Assembly: GCA_002311135.1 (NCBI GenBank)
Contig: DBZK01000010.1
Coordinates: 34,755-98,754, forward strand
From: Dehalococcoidia bacterium UBA1162
Lineage (GTDB): Bacteria; Chloroflexota; Dehalococcoidia; GIF9; UBA5629
DNA: 64,000 nucleotides
Direction: 5' to 3'
In this document: piece after piece, positions 37,037-46,653 of the stretch
Layout: every line of letters begins with the position of its first letter
Position numbering within the stretch: position 1 is the stretch's first letter
The notes under the pieces: model-generated
Told to the model about the DNA's origin: nothing
The model's input: the letters and a program-made list of their open reading frames with translations, nothing else
Database searches by the model: none
Program-made: the position numbers and the translations under genes

Positions 37037-37789
37037 ATGTCATACGAGACCCTCATCTACGCGAAGGATTCAGGTATAGGCAGGATCACTATCAACCGTC
37101 CCGATGCAATGAACGCCATCACCCCCGGCATGCTTAAGGAGCTGAAAGCTGCGGTGCTGGAGGCCGGAAAGGATAGTGAAGTCAAAGTCATTGTGCTCAC
37201 CGGCGCAGGCAAGGCCTTCTGCGCAGGGGTGGACCTTAAGGCGCTGGGGGACCGCAAACTGGCCAGGGGCAAGGTGGGCAATATCCTGGATATCCCAGCC
37301 AGGGAATTGATAGATGCTATACGTGCCGTGCCCAAGGTGGTCATCGCATTGGTCAACGGCTTTTGTTTCACAGGCGCCATGGAGATCATGCTGGGCTGCG
37401 ACCTTGCCATAGCCGCCGAGGAGGCCAAAATAGGAGACACGCACGCCAAATGGGGACTGAGGCCTACCTGGGGCATGAGCGCACGTTTGCCCCGCAGGGT
37501 TGGCTTCCTTAAGGCGAGAGAGCTCTCCTATACCGCCGATGCCGTGAGCGGCAAAGAGGCCGAACGCATCGGTCTGGTAAATATGGCTGTGCCCCTGGAC
37601 AAACTTGAGGAAGCGCTGCAAATGCTGGCCAAGAAGATCATGGCCAACAGCCCCCAGTCCATCATGGCCTACAAAAAACTATACAATGCCAATGAGAGCA
37701 TGACGCTGGACAAGAGCCTCAAGCTGGAATTCGGCAGCGAGTTCGACATTACCGATACCGACCAGAGGCTGGCGGGGTTCCGCAAGTAA
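37037..37789 (+). CDS. Enoyl-CoA hydratase/isomerase (crotonase) family protein
   Basis: ITINRPDAMNAIT, VIVLTGAGKAFCAGVDLK and the crotonase fold. ATG at 37037 with a GGAGGA SD. Confidence 0.8.
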   Translation: MSYETLIYAKDSGIGRITINRPDAMNAITPGMLKELKAAVLEAGKDSEVKVIVLTGAGKAFCAGVDLKALGDRKLARGKVGNILDIPARELIDAIRAVPKVVIALVNGFCFTGAMEIMLGCDLAIAAEEAKIGDTHAKWGLRPTWGMSARLPRRVGFLKARELSYTADAVSGKEAERIGLVNMAVPLDKLEEALQMLAKKIMANSPQSIMAYKKLYNANESMTLDKSLKLEFGSEFDITDTDQRLAGFRK

Positions 37790-37866
37790 AATCCTGTTAG
37801 ACATAAACGGGGCCTGCCACACAATCCGGAGCCGTTTAAATAAGTTTTAATTACAGGAGGTCACAT

Positions 37867-38271
37867 ATGCCTGAAAGGAAGTTCAAGTATTTGAGCAAGG
37901 AATGGACGGAGGAAGTGGGGAAGAGGCTGAAGAAAGATCTGACGCCCGAAAAAATGAAGCATATCACCTCCTCGATGTTGACCATTTACACCAACTGCCC
38001 GGACAAAAAGACCAGGGCGTTGTACTACAAACTCAAGGATGGAGTGGTGGAGAGCGTTTCGCTGGTGGAAGGCGCCCTGCCTAAGGCCGAGTTCTCCATC
38101 ACCGCGGACTACGATATGTTTGCTAAAATCTCCCGCGCGGAGTTGAAGGCACGTTCGGCGCTGATGTCGGGTAAGATGACCCTGAAAGGCAACCTGGTAA
38201 AGGCCCTGACGCTCTCGCCAACGGTCGACAGGCTGAACGAGGTGATCGCTAAGGTCCCGACCGAGTATTAA
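37867..38271 (+). CDS. SCP2 sterol-carrier-like domain protein
   Basis: 134 aa. The C-terminal KMTLKGNLVKALTL is typical of SCP-2, and the gene has fatty-acid beta-oxidation neighbours. Confidence 0.55.
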   Translation: MPERKFKYLSKEWTEEVGKRLKKDLTPEKMKHITSSMLTIYTNCPDKKTRALYYKLKDGVVESVSLVEGALPKAEFSITADYDMFAKISRAELKARSALMSGKMTLKGNLVKALTLSPTVDRLNEVIAKVPTEY

Positions 38272-38288
38272 GGCAAGGAGATATAGAA

Positions 38289-39515
38289 ATGCCTGAGAAG
38301 AAACTTAAAAGGGACGACCCCTATTTCATAGATTTTCCCAAGAGGATTAAGGCCATTCAGAAGGAGATGGCCAAACATGGCATCGATGTTTATTTGGGCT
38401 CCCGCCTGAGGACACTTTCCTGGACGGTTGACGCCTTCATGCCCTGGCGCTCTTACATCGTGATACCGCCCGAAGGGCTGCCGACCGCCATCACCTTCGT
38501 GATTGACGCAGCCCGCGTGCAGGACGATTCATGGCTGGACCAGGACCACATCCTGGGCTATGGTCCAATGGGCGGGCAGGACCAGGTATCGCTGCTGTCA
38601 GGGCTAATCAAGCCGCATCTGAAAGCAGGCAAGGGCATCATCGCCATGGAGACCGGAATGGGCACCTATCTGCCGGAAGGGCACCTGACCCTATTCGAAT
38701 TCGTGATGCTGAAGGCTGCGCTGCCCAAAGCCACCTTTAAGAACGCCCACGATATTATCGACAGGCTGTCACTCATCAAGGACGCCGGGACCATCAACCG
38801 CTTCCGGGAGGCCTCCCGCATAGTCGATATCGGCCACAAGGCGGTATACGAAGCTATATGTGACGGCGGCTATAAGAACATGACCGAAACCGAGATCGCC
38901 GGCCTGGCCGCCTATGCCATGCGCAAAGCGGGCAGCGAGTGGGAATGGTCGTTCACCGGCGGCAACGAGATAGCTTCGGGTTACCGCACCGGCCTGGCGG
39001 CCGGAGCCTGTACCCCCGCCAGCAGGAAGAAGCTGAAGACGGGCGAGCCGCTGATGGTGGACCTGCACGCTATGTTCAGGCTGGGGCTGGGGGACCATTC
39101 GCATAATTATTTCCTGGGCAAAGCCACCAAGCGTCAACTCTGGCATGCTAAAAATTTCATCGACTTGCTCCATAAATGTCTGAAGGCCTATAAGCCTGGA
39201 GTATCGCCGACCACACTGGCGGACGAGATGCTGGCCTTTACGGAGGAGAGAGGTTTCCAGGACTACATGGTGCCGGGTTTCGAACACGGGATCGGGCTGA
39301 TGGGCGACGAATGGCGTATCGGCCTGAACGACGGTCCCTTTGAATACTGGACCAACCCGGACCACGTTTATAAAAAGGACGAGATGCTGATTTGCGCGGT
39401 ACAGTATGCCTGCCCCGAAGAAAACGTGGGCTTCCGCTATGAGAACCCGATCCTCATCACGGCCAAAGGTTGCGAATTCCTGTCTAAATTCCCGCTGAGC
39501 ATCGATGTAGTATAA
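38289..39515 (+). CDS. M24-family metallopeptidase (Xaa-Pro aminopeptidase/creatinase-like)
   Basis: 408 aa with an N-terminal creatinase_N-like domain and a C-terminal pita-bread fold with metal ligands (DLH, HGIGL, EP). Confidence 0.7.
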   Translation: MPEKKLKRDDPYFIDFPKRIKAIQKEMAKHGIDVYLGSRLRTLSWTVDAFMPWRSYIVIPPEGLPTAITFVIDAARVQDDSWLDQDHILGYGPMGGQDQVSLLSGLIKPHLKAGKGIIAMETGMGTYLPEGHLTLFEFVMLKAALPKATFKNAHDIIDRLSLIKDAGTINRFREASRIVDIGHKAVYEAICDGGYKNMTETEIAGLAAYAMRKAGSEWEWSFTGGNEIASGYRTGLAAGACTPASRKKLKTGEPLMVDLHAMFRLGLGDHSHNYFLGKATKRQLWHAKNFIDLLHKCLKAYKPGVSPTTLADEMLAFTEERGFQDYMVPGFEHGIGLMGDEWRIGLNDGPFEYWTNPDHVYKKDEMLICAVQYACPEENVGFRYENPILITAKGCEFLSKFPLSIDVV

Positions 39516-39554
39516 GTTAAATAAGCTGAAGGGGGGATCAACCCTCCTTCAGCT

Positions 39555-39640
39555 CGAAATAAGTTCAAAGCTCAAAGCCTAAATTTGAATTTTGTATTTT
39601 GGGTTTGTTTAGGATTTAGTATTTAGGGTTTAGTGTTTCA
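39555..39640. repeat. TTTAGAGCTT/TTGGAATT-type low-complexity intergenic repeat (copy, convergent gene junction)
   Basis: AAGTTCAAAGCTCAAAGCCTAAATTTGAATTTTGTATTTTGGGTTTGTTTAGGATTTAGTATTTAGGGTTTAGTG. Confidence 0.55.
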
Positions 39641-39652
39641 CCGAAGGGGTTG

Positions 39653-40519
39653 TTACCAGTATATCTTAACCCCTTCCACTATGCCCATTGACGGCCAGAA
39701 AGCGCCCAGTCCATCAGCATCAGCATAGACCTGTGCAGACAACTTATTGATCAAATGCCTTTGTGCATTGACAGTGGTAACCAAACTGCTGTTCCTGGTT
39801 CTGTTGTATTGATCCGTGTAGCTGTTGTATTGCACAATGGCGGCATTGCAGGTGTCAAGGTCATTTTTGAACTTATCAAACCTGACTTCATATTGCTCAT
39901 AATAGCTATAGTCGGGTACGCCGGCTACTTCCATGCTTATGAATCCCAGCTCTTTGCCGACCGCCACATAAGCGATCTTATCATGACTATCAGCCTGCCC
40001 GAATATCCTGGCTGGCTTGCCGTCGGGCGACAGGTGCTGGCTGGAGTCGGCCAGCGATTCTTCGATGGTCATGCCGGTACAATCCACGTAAGCCATCCCC
40101 ATATCGGTTGTTTCGAATGCATTGCAGGCATGCCCCATAGTGCTACCCTGCAGAGTGATGGCGACGAAAGCAGCCCTTATGCCGCCAGCTTCTGCATTAT
40201 TGTAGATTGTCTCGGCAAAGGCACCGCATGGATTTACAACGGTATCATATGTATCTTCATCAGTTTTATCCTGCTGCATGAAATCTTTGAGCTGCTGCCA
40301 CGTTGGGTTTTTCGCAGCCGGATTAGCCACCAGATGAACATTGCCTACATCTCCAGCATCTACGATCTTGGTTCTTAAATAGGGAGGTTGAACCCCGTTA
40401 TAAACTTCTACCCCACCTTCGCTTGAGATGGGCACGCCCGCTCCAGAGCAGCTTACGGAAATTACAGTAATAGCCAGGACTGCGATCGCTGCTGTTGTCA
40501 GCTTATTCAATTGGCTCAT
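39653..40519 (-). CDS. Hypothetical secreted lipoprotein
   Basis: 288 aa with lipoprotein signal (ITVISVSCSGAG) and no recognisable domain. Confidence 0.4.
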   Translation of the reverse strand: MSQLNKLTTAAIAVLAITVISVSCSGAGVPISSEGGVEVYNGVQPPYLRTKIVDAGDVGNVHLVANPAAKNPTWQQLKDFMQQDKTDEDTYDTVVNPCGAFAETIYNNAEAGGIRAAFVAITLQGSTMGHACNAFETTDMGMAYVDCTGMTIEESLADSSQHLSPDGKPARIFGQADSHDKIAYVAVGKELGFISMEVAGVPDYSYYEQYEVRFDKFKNDLDTCNAAIVQYNSYTDQYNRTRNSSLVTTVNAQRHLINKLSAQVYADADGLGAFWPSMGIVEGVKIYW

Positions 40520-40557
40520 GCTATAGGGAAGCCGGTTTTGGGTCCGGCACCAAACAT

Positions 40558-40887
40558 CTATTTGAATTCGTTATGCCCCAATGTGATCAGTACTATCGAA
40601 ATAATCCCGAAGATAAAAAAGCAGAAGAACGCCGCGATCGAGCCGGCCAGCGCCATCCCCCAGACCTTGCGTTTAATCGCGAAGACGCCGCCTATCACAG
40701 ATACTATGGCAACTATTATAAGTATAATCGCCAAAGTAAAAAGCACTCCGGGCAGCCACTGCGGCACATTCTGTACAATGCCCGTTATGCTACCCGCTAC
40801 CACCAGCCAGAAACACACAAACATCATACCTATGCCTGAGATAATATCTAAAATGCCCGACGTCAGGGTCATCCATGATTTTTCCAT
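40558..40887 (-). CDS. Small 3-4 TM membrane protein, hypothetical
   Basis: 109 aa, highly hydrophobic. Confidence 0.35.
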   Translation of the reverse strand: MEKSWMTLTSGILDIISGIGMMFVCFWLVVAGSITGIVQNVPQWLPGVLFTLAIILIIVAIVSVIGGVFAIKRKVWGMALAGSIAAFFCFFIFGIISIVLITLGHNEFK

Positions 40888-40947
40888 GTCTTTTCCCTCC
40901 TGCCTGGAATATTCTACTTATATTATTATAGACCACTGCTTATCTTA

Positions 40948-42942
40948 TTACTTCTTTTTCCTGAAAGGGGAGAGAAGCTCTTCGTCTTTCCTCAGGTCCA
41001 CTATGCGGTCACGCAGCAGGGCAGCCTTCTCGAATTGCAGGTTCTTGGCAGCCTTCTTCATCTGGGATTCCAGGTCTTTGATCAGCCGGGCGATCTCGTC
41101 GGGCGGGACGTGGCCGGTCTCGTATTTAGCCCTTTCTTCAGCTACGACCTTGACCCTCTCGGTAATGTCCTTAACGGCCTTTTTAATACCCTGGGGCGTA
41201 ATGCCGTGCTCTTTATTATAAGCTTCCTGTATTTTACGACGGCGGTAGATTTCTTCGATGGCGTTCTTCATGGAATCCGTATGCTTATCGGCATAGAGGA
41301 TGACATGCCCCCCGATATGCCGTGCGGCCCGGCCCATAGTCTGGATTAACGAGTCCCTGGACCTCAAATAGCCTTCCTTATCGGCATCCAGTATGGCCAC
41401 CAGGCTGACCTCTGGCAGGTCCAAGCCTTCCCTCAGCAGGTTAATGCCCACCACCACGTCATATACGCCCAGCCGCAGGTCGCGCAGTATCTCCACACGC
41501 TCCAGCGTATCCACCTCGGAATGCAGGTAATGCGTCTTAACGTCCATCTCCCGCAGGTAGTCGGCCAACTCCTCCGCCATCTTTTTGGTCAGCGTCGTTA
41601 TCAGGCAACGCTCGCCTTTAACCACCCTGAGCTTTATCTCATGGATCAAATCGTCGATCTGCCCTTTAGTCGGCTTAACCTCGATGGTCGGTTCAAGAAG
41701 TCCGGTGGGACGGACAAGCTGCTCAACGACCTGGCGGTTGTTCTTATACTCATAGGGGCCGGGCGTGGCCGACACGAAGATAGCATTGTTTATGAGGTTC
41801 TCGAACTCAGGGAAGTTGAGAGGACGGTTATCCAGTGCCGAAGGCAGGCGAAAGCCGTAGTCTATCAGAGTCTGTTTGCGGCTCATATCCCCGTGATACA
41901 TACCGCGTATCTGCGGTATAGTCATGTGCGATTCATCGATAAAGAGCAGAAAATCTTTGGGGAAATAGTTGATCAGCGTCCAGGGCGGGCTGCCCGCAGC
42001 CCTGCGCTGAAGGTGGCGTGAATAGTTTTCGACGCCATTGCAATAGCCAACCTGGGTGAGCATCTCTAAATCGTAGTTGGTGCGTTGCTCAATGCGTGCC
42101 GCTTCGATTAACTTGCCCTGCCGGGTGAACTCAGCCACCCTTTCCAGCATCTCAGCTTTAATGTCAACTACGGCCAGTTCCAGCTTTTCAGGGGACGTAA
42201 CGAAATGTTTGGCCGGGAAGATATCGATCGACTCCTTTTCCGCCAGCAGCTCGCCGGTCAGGCTGTCCACCTCTATAATCCTCTCGATTTCATCGCCAAA
42301 GAACTCTATGCGCAGAGCAATCTCCTCGTAGGAAGGCAATATCTCAAGAGTATCCCCGCGTATGCGGAATTTGCCGCGCGTAAAGTCGAAGTCGTTGCGC
42401 TCGTACTGCATATTCACAAACTTTCGCACCAGTTTATTCCGCTCGATCTTTTCGCCTTTATGTATATTGACAACGAAGCTCTGATATTCCTCGGGCTCTC
42501 CCAAGGAATAAATGCAGGAAACGGAGGCCACGATGAGCACATCCCGTCTGGTTAACAGCGCCCGCGTGGCGGCATGGCGAAGTTTATCGATCTCTTCATT
42601 TATATCCGTATCCTTCTCGATATATGTGTCGGTCCTGGGTATATAGGCTTCCGGCTGGTAATAGTCGTAATAGCTGACAAAGTATTCGACTGCATTTTCG
42701 GGAAAGTACTCTTTAAACTCGGTTGCAAGCTGCGCAGCCAGCGTCTTGTTATGGCACATCACCAGGGTCGGCCTTTGCAGTCTTTCAACCACGTTGGCCA
42801 TAGTGAAGGTTTTACCGCTGCCCGTTACGCCCAGCAGAGTCTGTTTGTCGAAGCCCGCTTCAACGCCGCGCACCAGCCCATCCACGGCCTGGGGCTGATC
42901 GCCGGTCATTTTGAAGTCTGAAATGATTTTGAAGTCGGGCAT
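40948..42942 (-). CDS. uvrB: Excinuclease ABC subunit B
   Basis: 664 aa with Walker A GVTGSGKT and the C-terminal UVR domain ([17 protein letters not shown]). Confidence 0.9.
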   Translation of the reverse strand: MPDFKIISDFKMTGDQPQAVDGLVRGVEAGFDKQTLLGVTGSGKTFTMANVVERLQRPTLVMCHNKTLAAQLATEFKEYFPENAVEYFVSYYDYYQPEAYIPRTDTYIEKDTDINEEIDKLRHAATRALLTRRDVLIVASVSCIYSLGEPEEYQSFVVNIHKGEKIERNKLVRKFVNMQYERNDFDFTRGKFRIRGDTLEILPSYEEIALRIEFFGDEIERIIEVDSLTGELLAEKESIDIFPAKHFVTSPEKLELAVVDIKAEMLERVAEFTRQGKLIEAARIEQRTNYDLEMLTQVGYCNGVENYSRHLQRRAAGSPPWTLINYFPKDFLLFIDESHMTIPQIRGMYHGDMSRKQTLIDYGFRLPSALDNRPLNFPEFENLINNAIFVSATPGPYEYKNNRQVVEQLVRPTGLLEPTIEVKPTKGQIDDLIHEIKLRVVKGERCLITTLTKKMAEELADYLREMDVKTHYLHSEVDTLERVEILRDLRLGVYDVVVGINLLREGLDLPEVSLVAILDADKEGYLRSRDSLIQTMGRAARHIGGHVILYADKHTDSMKNAIEEIYRRRKIQEAYNKEHGITPQGIKKAVKDITERVKVVAEERAKYETGHVPPDEIARLIKDLESQMKKAAKNLQFEKAALLRDRIVDLRKDEELLSPFRKKK

Positions 42943-42979
42943 GGCTCATTAATTATAAATACCAGCGACCCTTTTGGGG

Positions 42980-43112
42980 AAACTCTAAATACTAAATCCT
43001 AAACAAATTCCAAACTCCAAATGTTACTATGGTTGGGTTTTGAGTTTTGAACTTATTTAGAGCTTGGAGTTTAGTATTTAGAATTTGAAATTTGTTTGGA
43101 GCTTGGAATTTT
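42980..43112. repeat. Long imperfect palindrome built from TTTAGAGCTT/TTGGAGTT-type units
   Basis: AAACTCTAAATACTAAATCCTAAACAAATTCCAAACTCCAAA (42980-43021) is the approximate reverse complement of TTTGGAGCTTGGAGTTTAGTATTTAGAATTTGAAATTTGTTTGGAGCTTGGAATT (43060-43112). Shares its core with the copies at 19508, 35293 and 39555. Confidence 0.6.
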
Positions 43113-43695
43113 ATCTAGATGAGAGCCTTTGCAGGGCCAGCCGGACCTTCTCTTCGAGGCTCAAATCTGCAGCCTGAGAGATGCCGCTGAGGGCCTGCGT
43201 GGCTTCCCGTATCGAATAGCCCAGGCCTGTTAAAGCCGCCACGGCGTCGCCGTCGCCCTGAGAAAAATCGGGCAGTATCTCGCCTTCCCAACCCTTCTCC
43301 AATTTGCTTTTTAGATCGATGATAATGCGGGCGGCGGTCTTCTTGCCGATACCCGGGACCTGGCTGAGCAGTTCGGCATTGCTGCTGATGATAGCCGAGA
43401 CGATGTGCTCCGCGCTGAGAGTGGTCAGTAGTGCAAGCGCCACTTTCGGCCCAATGCCGCTGACCGTTATGAGCTGTTCGAACAGCACCAGTTCCTGCTG
43501 GGAATAGAATCCATAGAGGGAGATATTATCTTCACGAACATAAAGGTGCGTATGCAGGAAAACCTCGGTCCCTGCATGCCCGAGCTTAATCAGGGTGGAA
43601 CCGGGTACATTGAGGGCGAAACTGATGAGGCCCGATTTCACAATAACAGAATTGGTCCCTTTGCTGATCAAGGTGCCTTCAATGGCGGCTATCAT
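43111..43695 (-). CDS. ruvA: Holliday junction DNA helicase RuvA
   Basis: 194 aa with an OB domain, a tandem HhH (LITVSGIGPKVALALL) and a C-terminal domain III. Confidence 0.85.
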   Translation of the reverse strand: MIAAIEGTLISKGTNSVIVKSGLISFALNVPGSTLIKLGHAGTEVFLHTHLYVREDNISLYGFYSQQELVLFEQLITVSGIGPKVALALLTTLSAEHIVSAIISSNAELLSQVPGIGKKTAARIIIDLKSKLEKGWEGEILPDFSQGDGDAVAALTGLGYSIREATQALSGISQAADLSLEEKVRLALQRLSSR

Positions 43696-43700
43696 TTAAT

Positions 43701-44204
43701 TTAATATCCCCTGTTCAAAATCCGGTTGAGGTGCTGCTGGTTGAGGTGGCAGATAGCCACCGCCAGCGCATCAGCGGCATCGCTGGCTTCCGGCAGATCA
43801 CTGACCCCCAACTGCAATTTGACCATGTGCCTTACCTGGTCTTTCCCGCTCCTGCCGTAGTTGGTGACCATTTGCTTGACCTGTGTGGGCATGTAACGTG
43901 ATACCGGCAGCCCTGCCTGCGCAGCCGCCAGGATGGCGACAGCCTGGGCCCTGCCTATGGCCAGGGCAGAACGGGCATTGCCAGCTACAAAGGGCTCCTC
44001 CACAGCAACTTCAACGGGCGAGAATTCTTCGATTATCCGGACTAACTCCCTGTGCAGGGAGCAGAGCCTTTGCTCTACGGGCATCTTTTGCGGCGCCGAG
44101 ATAACACCGCAGCCAAGCATGATCATGGAATTACCATCTGTCTCCTCGACGATCCCATAGCCCATGTTCAAAGTACCCGGGTCGATGCCTAATACGCGTA
44201 CCAT
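43701..44204 (-). CDS. ruvC: Crossover junction endodeoxyribonuclease RuvC
   Basis: 167 aa. MVRVLGIDPGTLNMGYGIV and catalytic acidic residues at conserved positions. Confidence 0.85.
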   Translation of the reverse strand: MVRVLGIDPGTLNMGYGIVEETDGNSMIMLGCGVISAPQKMPVEQRLCSLHRELVRIIEEFSPVEVAVEEPFVAGNARSALAIGRAQAVAILAAAQAGLPVSRYMPTQVKQMVTNYGRSGKDQVRHMVKLQLGVSDLPEASDAADALAVAICHLNQQHLNRILNRGY

Positions 44205-44266
44205 GTTAATCCGTAAGAGCTGTCATCTTTTAGAACTGGTATGGCAATAGGGGAAATTGAAGGCCT

Positions 44267-45019
44267 CTAGGCCTCTGCCTTTAGCTTCTCGATCAGGGCG
44301 TCTGTGTATTCCAGGTTGGAAAAGACACGCTGAACATCGTCCAATTCTTCCAACCTTTCCAGCAATTTGACCGTTTGTAATGCCTCTTTCTCCTGCAGGG
44401 ATACCGTATTCTGGGGAATCATGGTAACTTCGGCCGAGATGGGCTTTCTGCGTTTCTCGACGGCCAGTTTAACATTCTCAAACTCTTTAGGCTCCGTGTA
44501 AATTTCCAGCAGTCCCTTCTCCTCTTTTACATCGGAGGCCCCCGCATCGATGGCATAGAGTGCCAATTCATCCGCGTCGATGCCGGTTGTGTCAACCGTT
44601 ATAATGCCTTTATTTTCAAACATCCATGCCACGCTGCCGTTTTCACCCAGGCTGCCGTTGTTTTTCATAAAGGTGCTGCGTATCTCTGCAACCGTACGGT
44701 TGCGGTTATCGGTCATAGCTTCCAACATCACTGCCACGCCGGACGGTCCATACCCTTCCATCACCATCTCCGTAAACGTTGTGCCCTCGGCGGCTCCGCT
44801 GCCTTTCTTGATAGCGTTTTCAATATTGTCTTTGGGCATATTACTGTCACGCGCTTTCTGGACGGCAAGACGGAGGCGGAAATTGCCTTCGGGGTTGGGA
44901 CCGCCCTGCCTGGTAGAGATAATAATTTCACGCGTGAGTTTGGTGAACATGGCCCCGCGGCGGGAATCCGCTACGCCCTTCTGTCTTTTAATAGTTGCCC
45001 ATTTAGAATGTCCGGACAT
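44267..45019 (-). CDS. yebC: YebC/PmpR-family transcriptional regulator
   Basis: 250 aa. MSGHSKWATIKRQKG is the family signature. Confidence 0.85.
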   Translation of the reverse strand: MSGHSKWATIKRQKGVADSRRGAMFTKLTREIIISTRQGGPNPEGNFRLRLAVQKARDSNMPKDNIENAIKKGSGAAEGTTFTEMVMEGYGPSGVAVMLEAMTDNRNRTVAEIRSTFMKNNGSLGENGSVAWMFENKGIITVDTTGIDADELALYAIDAGASDVKEEKGLLEIYTEPKEFENVKLAVEKRRKPISAEVTMIPQNTVSLQEKEALQTVKLLERLEELDDVQRVFSNLEYTDALIEKLKAEA

Positions 45020-45156
45020 GGTATCCCCTCACCAAAAATATTTTAAATTCCGCGTACTAAGAATAAAACATTACTGAATCATTATGCAACAACTGGAAAC
45101 AATTCATCCCGGCCAAACCGATTTTGATGCTATAATGGGCATCGCAACAGCTAATA

Positions 45157-45765
45157 ATGACACTTTACATTTTTGAATTCATTAAACAACTCATTTCGAC
45201 CCTAGGATACCCGGGGATCTTTATTACCATGACCCTGGAATCCATGCTGATGCCGATCCCGAGCGAGGCCGTTATGCCCTTTGTCGGGTTCCTGGCCTAT
45301 GAAGGCAAGATGGAAATCTGGATCGCGGTGCTGGTAAGCAGCCTGGCTAACCTGGCGGGATCGCTAATTGCTTACGCTGTTGGCCGCTATCTCGGCAGGG
45401 GGTTCATTCTTAAATACGGTAAATACATATTACTGAATATACATCACCTTGAACTAACAGAGCAGTGGTTTCTTAAATACGGCAGCATTGCAGTCCTGTT
45501 TTCCAGGATGCTGCCTGTCGTGAGATCAATAATCGCCCTGCCGGCCGGCATCGGGAAAATGAATATCTGGCGGTTCTGTCTATTTACCTTCATAGGGTCT
45601 GTGCCCTGGAACCTGGGGCTTATTTACGCGGGCTATCTGCTCAAAGAGAACTGGGGCATGCTGGAAAGATACACCGTTTATATAGATATCATTGCCATAA
45701 CTGCTATTGTCGCAGTATTGGTTTACCTGGGTACCAGGATCCTGGCCGGCGCCAGGCAACGATGA
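45157..45765 (+). CDS. DedA-family membrane protein
   Basis: 202 aa. GYPGIFITMTLESMLMPIPSE and the SNARE-associated motif layout. Confidence 0.7.
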   Translation: MTLYIFEFIKQLISTLGYPGIFITMTLESMLMPIPSEAVMPFVGFLAYEGKMEIWIAVLVSSLANLAGSLIAYAVGRYLGRGFILKYGKYILLNIHHLELTEQWFLKYGSIAVLFSRMLPVVRSIIALPAGIGKMNIWRFCLFTFIGSVPWNLGLIYAGYLLKENWGMLERYTVYIDIIAITAIVAVLVYLGTRILAGARQR

Positions 45766-45774
45766 CCATCAGGA

Positions 45775-46494
45775 TTGACGTTGAAAAGCAATTTAGCCAG
45801 GCTTAAAAAGATCGTTGATAGCTATATGCAGCGTGTGCCCATGGTGCACGAGCATTGTGACCGCTGCCTGGCCGTAGCCAGATGGCACAGCAATGCCCTG
45901 CTTATGGTAATCGACGCCGCTTTCGATTCCATAGGCCTGAATTACTTTCAATCCGTGGTCCCCAAGGTAGAGCTTTTCAGACAAAGGTACGTTGAGACCG
46001 GAAAAATACGGACTATGGAAGACATGGTCAAAGCGGATGCCTCTGAATTGCGAGCAATATGGAAAAACGAACGTTCATGGAAAGTGGCCAGGGAAATTGC
46101 ATCTCACCTGGCTTTACTGAAGCGTAAACACAGCCTCGACGACAGGTCCGCCCTTATACGCTGGGCCCTGGAGGCACCTCTAACCGCATGGGATAAAGAC
46201 CCGGTGGGCAGCATCGGCGGAGTGGGTATAAACACCTACCAGTATTTGAGAATGATGGGCGGAGTCGATACCGTCATGCCTGACAAGATCGTAAAAAGAG
46301 TTACCTTCGATATTTTGCGGGAAGCAAAGATCAAGCTGCCGGAAAGCGACATTGAATTCGTTCAGTTAATAGAAAGGCTGGCTCCGGCAACCGGGTACCG
46401 GGCCATCGAGTTGTGCTGGATGACCTGGCTCGTACAATCCGAGGCAGGGCTAAGCCGGACTGAAAAGTACGCTTCACTTTTACCCAAAATATAG
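45775..46494 (+). CDS. Hypothetical protein
   Basis: 239 aa alpha-helical protein with no recognisable motif (contains HEHCDRC). Confidence 0.35.
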   Translation: MTLKSNLARLKKIVDSYMQRVPMVHEHCDRCLAVARWHSNALLMVIDAAFDSIGLNYFQSVVPKVELFRQRYVETGKIRTMEDMVKADASELRAIWKNERSWKVAREIASHLALLKRKHSLDDRSALIRWALEAPLTAWDKDPVGSIGGVGINTYQYLRMMGGVDTVMPDKIVKRVTFDILREAKIKLPESDIEFVQLIERLAPATGYRAIELCWMTWLVQSEAGLSRTEKYASLLPKI

Positions 46495-46571
46495 AATCAT
46501 GGGGGAAACATACTATTTACCTATCTCGTTTACTGGGGCATCCACCTAAAGCCCAGATAAGATTTTTAGCA

Positions 46572-46610
46572 TAAAACAAAGGGGCACTAAGAAGTGCCCC
46601 TTTGTTTTAT
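46572..46610. terminator. Bidirectional rho-independent terminator between convergent genes
   Basis: AAACAAAGGGGCAC (46574-46587) pairs with GTGCCCCTTTGTTT (46594-46607), with a T-run downstream. Confidence 0.55.
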
Positions 46611-46653
46611 TTAACCCTTTCGGGTTAGTTTGCTTACAAGTCGCAACTACCTA

